DNA of 64,000 nucleotides from positions 1-64,000 of the forward strand of contig NW_021836174.1 of the NCBI RefSeq assembly GCF_006345805.1, in the 5' to 3' direction. Shown here in pieces: positions 61,503 to 64,000 of this stretch. The notes beneath the pieces are model-generated. The model was not told where the DNA came from. It made no database searches and saw nothing but the letters and a program-made list of their open reading frames with translations. A program made the translations under genes and the position numbers. The first letter of the stretch is position 1, and each line of letters opens with the position of its first letter. Origin of the DNA: Octopus sinensis. Taxonomy: Eukaryota.

Positions 61503-61645
61503 TTGTGATTGATATGCATTTTATTTCATCTTCTGTCCAAGTCTCAACTGGAGACCTAAGACATGTGTATAGTTTTTATTATTATTACTATTATTGTTGT
61601 TGTTGTTGTCCTTGTTCATATATTTATCTTTTCTATTTCTGAAAG

Positions 61646-61765
61646 ATTCAAACAGCTGTGCAATTAACAAAGGCGGTTGTGCCTTCAGATGTTTGCAAAC
61701 GCCATTTGGGGCCCAGTGCTTATGTCCAGTAGGTCAAGATTTTAATAGTAATGAAACTTGTGTAG
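61646..61765 (+). CDS. LRP2: LRP2-like exon, EGF-like
   Basis: tgaaag|...|gtaaga; 120 nt; NSCAINKGGCAFRCLQTPFGAQCLCPVG. Confidence 0.93.
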
Positions 61766-61830
61766 GTAAGACATCATTTTTTTACTCTCTATGTTTATTG
61801 GTAAAGTGATCCTATCCTATGTATGTATAT

Positions 61831-61882
<52 letters not shown>

Positions 61883-61925
61883 CATATATATATACATATA
61901 TATACATGTATATACAGGTATACAC

Positions 61926-61987
<62 letters not shown>

Positions 61988-62404
61988 TACATATATATAC
62001 ATATATATATATATATGTATATTATTAATTTAATAATACCATTAATTTAACACCGAGTGGCTTAGCACAAAAAACTAGGGAGAAAATACAAATTTATACA
62101 TAAATTATTAGAGAGTTACCACTATGTGGATAGCTCTAGTGCGAAAAATAGCTCCGATAGTATAGCCACAGAAATAATGTTTCCAACTAGAAATAACATT
62201 ACATTTAACGGAAGGAAAGTGAAACATAACGAATAAATAGATTGACCCTGAACAATTGTTTCATTACTAATGTAATATGTAATTTTACTTACATAAACAT
62301 CTATAAATCATCTGCAGAGGTTTGTCTTAAATACAATCTATTAGACCAAAAATAGCTATTTTTAGCACTAGAGCTATCCACATAGTGGTAACTCTCTAAT
62401 AATT

Positions 62405-62443
<39 letters not shown>

Positions 62444-62659
62444 CTGAGGAAGCACACCATCTCATGCCAGCATGGAAAATGGACGTTAAACAATGTTGAT
62501 GATGATGATGATATATGTCTCTGTGTGTGTGTATACATGTATATGTATGTGGAACATATATATACATATATCATCATCATCATCATCATCGTTTAGCGTC
62601 TGTTTTCCATGCTAGCATGGGTTGGACCCATATATATATATATATATATGTTCAGAAAT

Positions 62660-63440
62660 CTCCTATCTCTGCTGGTGACAAAGGGCCTCTCGCTCAGAGT
62701 GAAAGGTAGATTGTACGATGCATGTGTGTGAACTGCCATGCTACATGACAGTGAAACATGGGCCATGACTGCTGAAGACATCCATGGTTCAAAAGAAATG
62801 ATGCTGGTATGATCTGCTGGATGTGTAATGTCAGTATGCACATACAACAGTGTAAGCGCCCTGAGAGAAATGTTGGACATACAAAGCATCAGATGTAGTG
62901 TGCAAGAGACACGACTGCACTGGTTATGGTCATGTGCTACATATGGACAAGGGGAGCTGTGTGAAGAAGTGTCACTCCCTAACAGTGAAAGGAAACTGTG
63001 ATACAGGGAGACCCACGAAGACATGGGATGATGTGACATTGGACCTCCCAGGGGTCACATTGGACCTCACGAGACCTCTGGAGATATGCTGGGATTGAGA
63101 AGACCCAACAAAGAAAGTGAGACCACAGCTGTAGGCTATGCCAATGTTGCATAACCAGCCTATTTAGAAGGTACCTTTGAATCGGCGGGTGACTTTCTGT
63201 GCTTGAGGAGACCTATTGAGTCAAGTAAATCAAATCGAAAATCAAATCAAATCACAATCAAATGGAAATTGTAGTTGTGGCCATTACCAGTGCTGGTGGC
63301 ATGCAATAAGCACCATTCATGTGTGGGTCGCTACCAGATCTGCACCATATGAACGTGGCCGGTGGCAGTGCTGCCTGACTTGCTCCCATGATGGTGGCAT
63401 GTAAAAAGCACCCTCTACACTCTCAGAGTGGTTGGTATTA
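62660..63440 (+). mobile_element. Degenerate RTE 3' fragment
   Basis: Homologous to 38810-39900. Confidence 0.8.
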
Positions 63441-63482
63441 GAAAGGGGTAAATTAAAACTCTCATGCTTTTTCTCTTTCCAG

Positions 63483-63605
63483 ATTTAAATGAATGTGAAC
63501 CCCCTGGAGTTTGCAGTCAACACTGCCTGAACCTGGAGGGTTCATATAAATGTTCATGTGATACTGGTTACCAATCAGAACGGAACTTATGCCTTGCAAT
63601 TGAAA
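63483..63605 (+). CDS. LRP2: LRP2-like exon, calcium-binding EGF; gene continues beyond window
   Basis: ttccag|...|gtgaga; 123 nt; [30 protein letters not shown]. Confidence 0.93.
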
Positions 63606-64000
63606 GTGAGAGCTTTATTTATAACATTTATCTAATTTTATTGGTTTGGGGAAAGAGGGAAATCAACTGTCCTAACCCCAGTACATGACTGGTACTTATT
63701 TTATTGACCCTGATAGGATGAAAGACCTAATCAGCCTTGTCAGAATTCGAACTCAGAATGTAAAGATGGACAGAGTATCACTAAGCATTCTGCCCAGAAT
63801 GTTAATAATTCTGCCAGTTCGCCACCTTAATATGATATAATATTAATATAACATAACATTATATTCTATAATATATGATATAAAATAGCATAATGGATGA
63901 ATAACTGGCAACCATCTTAGATTAACAGGTATTTAAAAATCAATTACATTATCAATTACTTAAGATCAATAACATGATTTTATTTTGTATTGATTAGCTT

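Overview
This is AT-rich, intron-rich animal DNA. The SINE/RTE/CR1 repeat families resemble those of Octopus (coleoid cephalopod); this is pattern recognition, not a search result. The + strand carries 23 in-frame, phase-compatible GT-AG exons (11821-63605, 3618 nt, 1206 codons) of an LRP2/megalin-type receptor. The domain order is 2 LDLa, 2 EGF, beta-propeller, EGF, beta-propeller, EGF, 8 LDLa, 2 EGF, and the gene is open at both ends. The introns are packed with mobile DNA: a very young full-length Ty3/Gypsy (CsRn1-like) LTR element with a shortened gag, a related solo LTR, L1/Tx1, CR1, RTE, R4/Dong-like and Penelope-like remnants, a deleted mariner, MITEs, Helitron-like elements, tRNA-SINEs, micro/minisatellites and a 3 x ~600 bp tandem array. 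The most striking unexplained structure is a 340-bp near-perfect palindrome (15356-15695). Each of its arms carries a complete minimal hammerhead ribozyme fold, one per strand, and more hammerhead-like motifs lie at 49.5-53.1 kb. A splice donor is also triplicated (26702-26869). Exon boundaries were read by eye; repeat boundaries are approximate unless a TSD is given.
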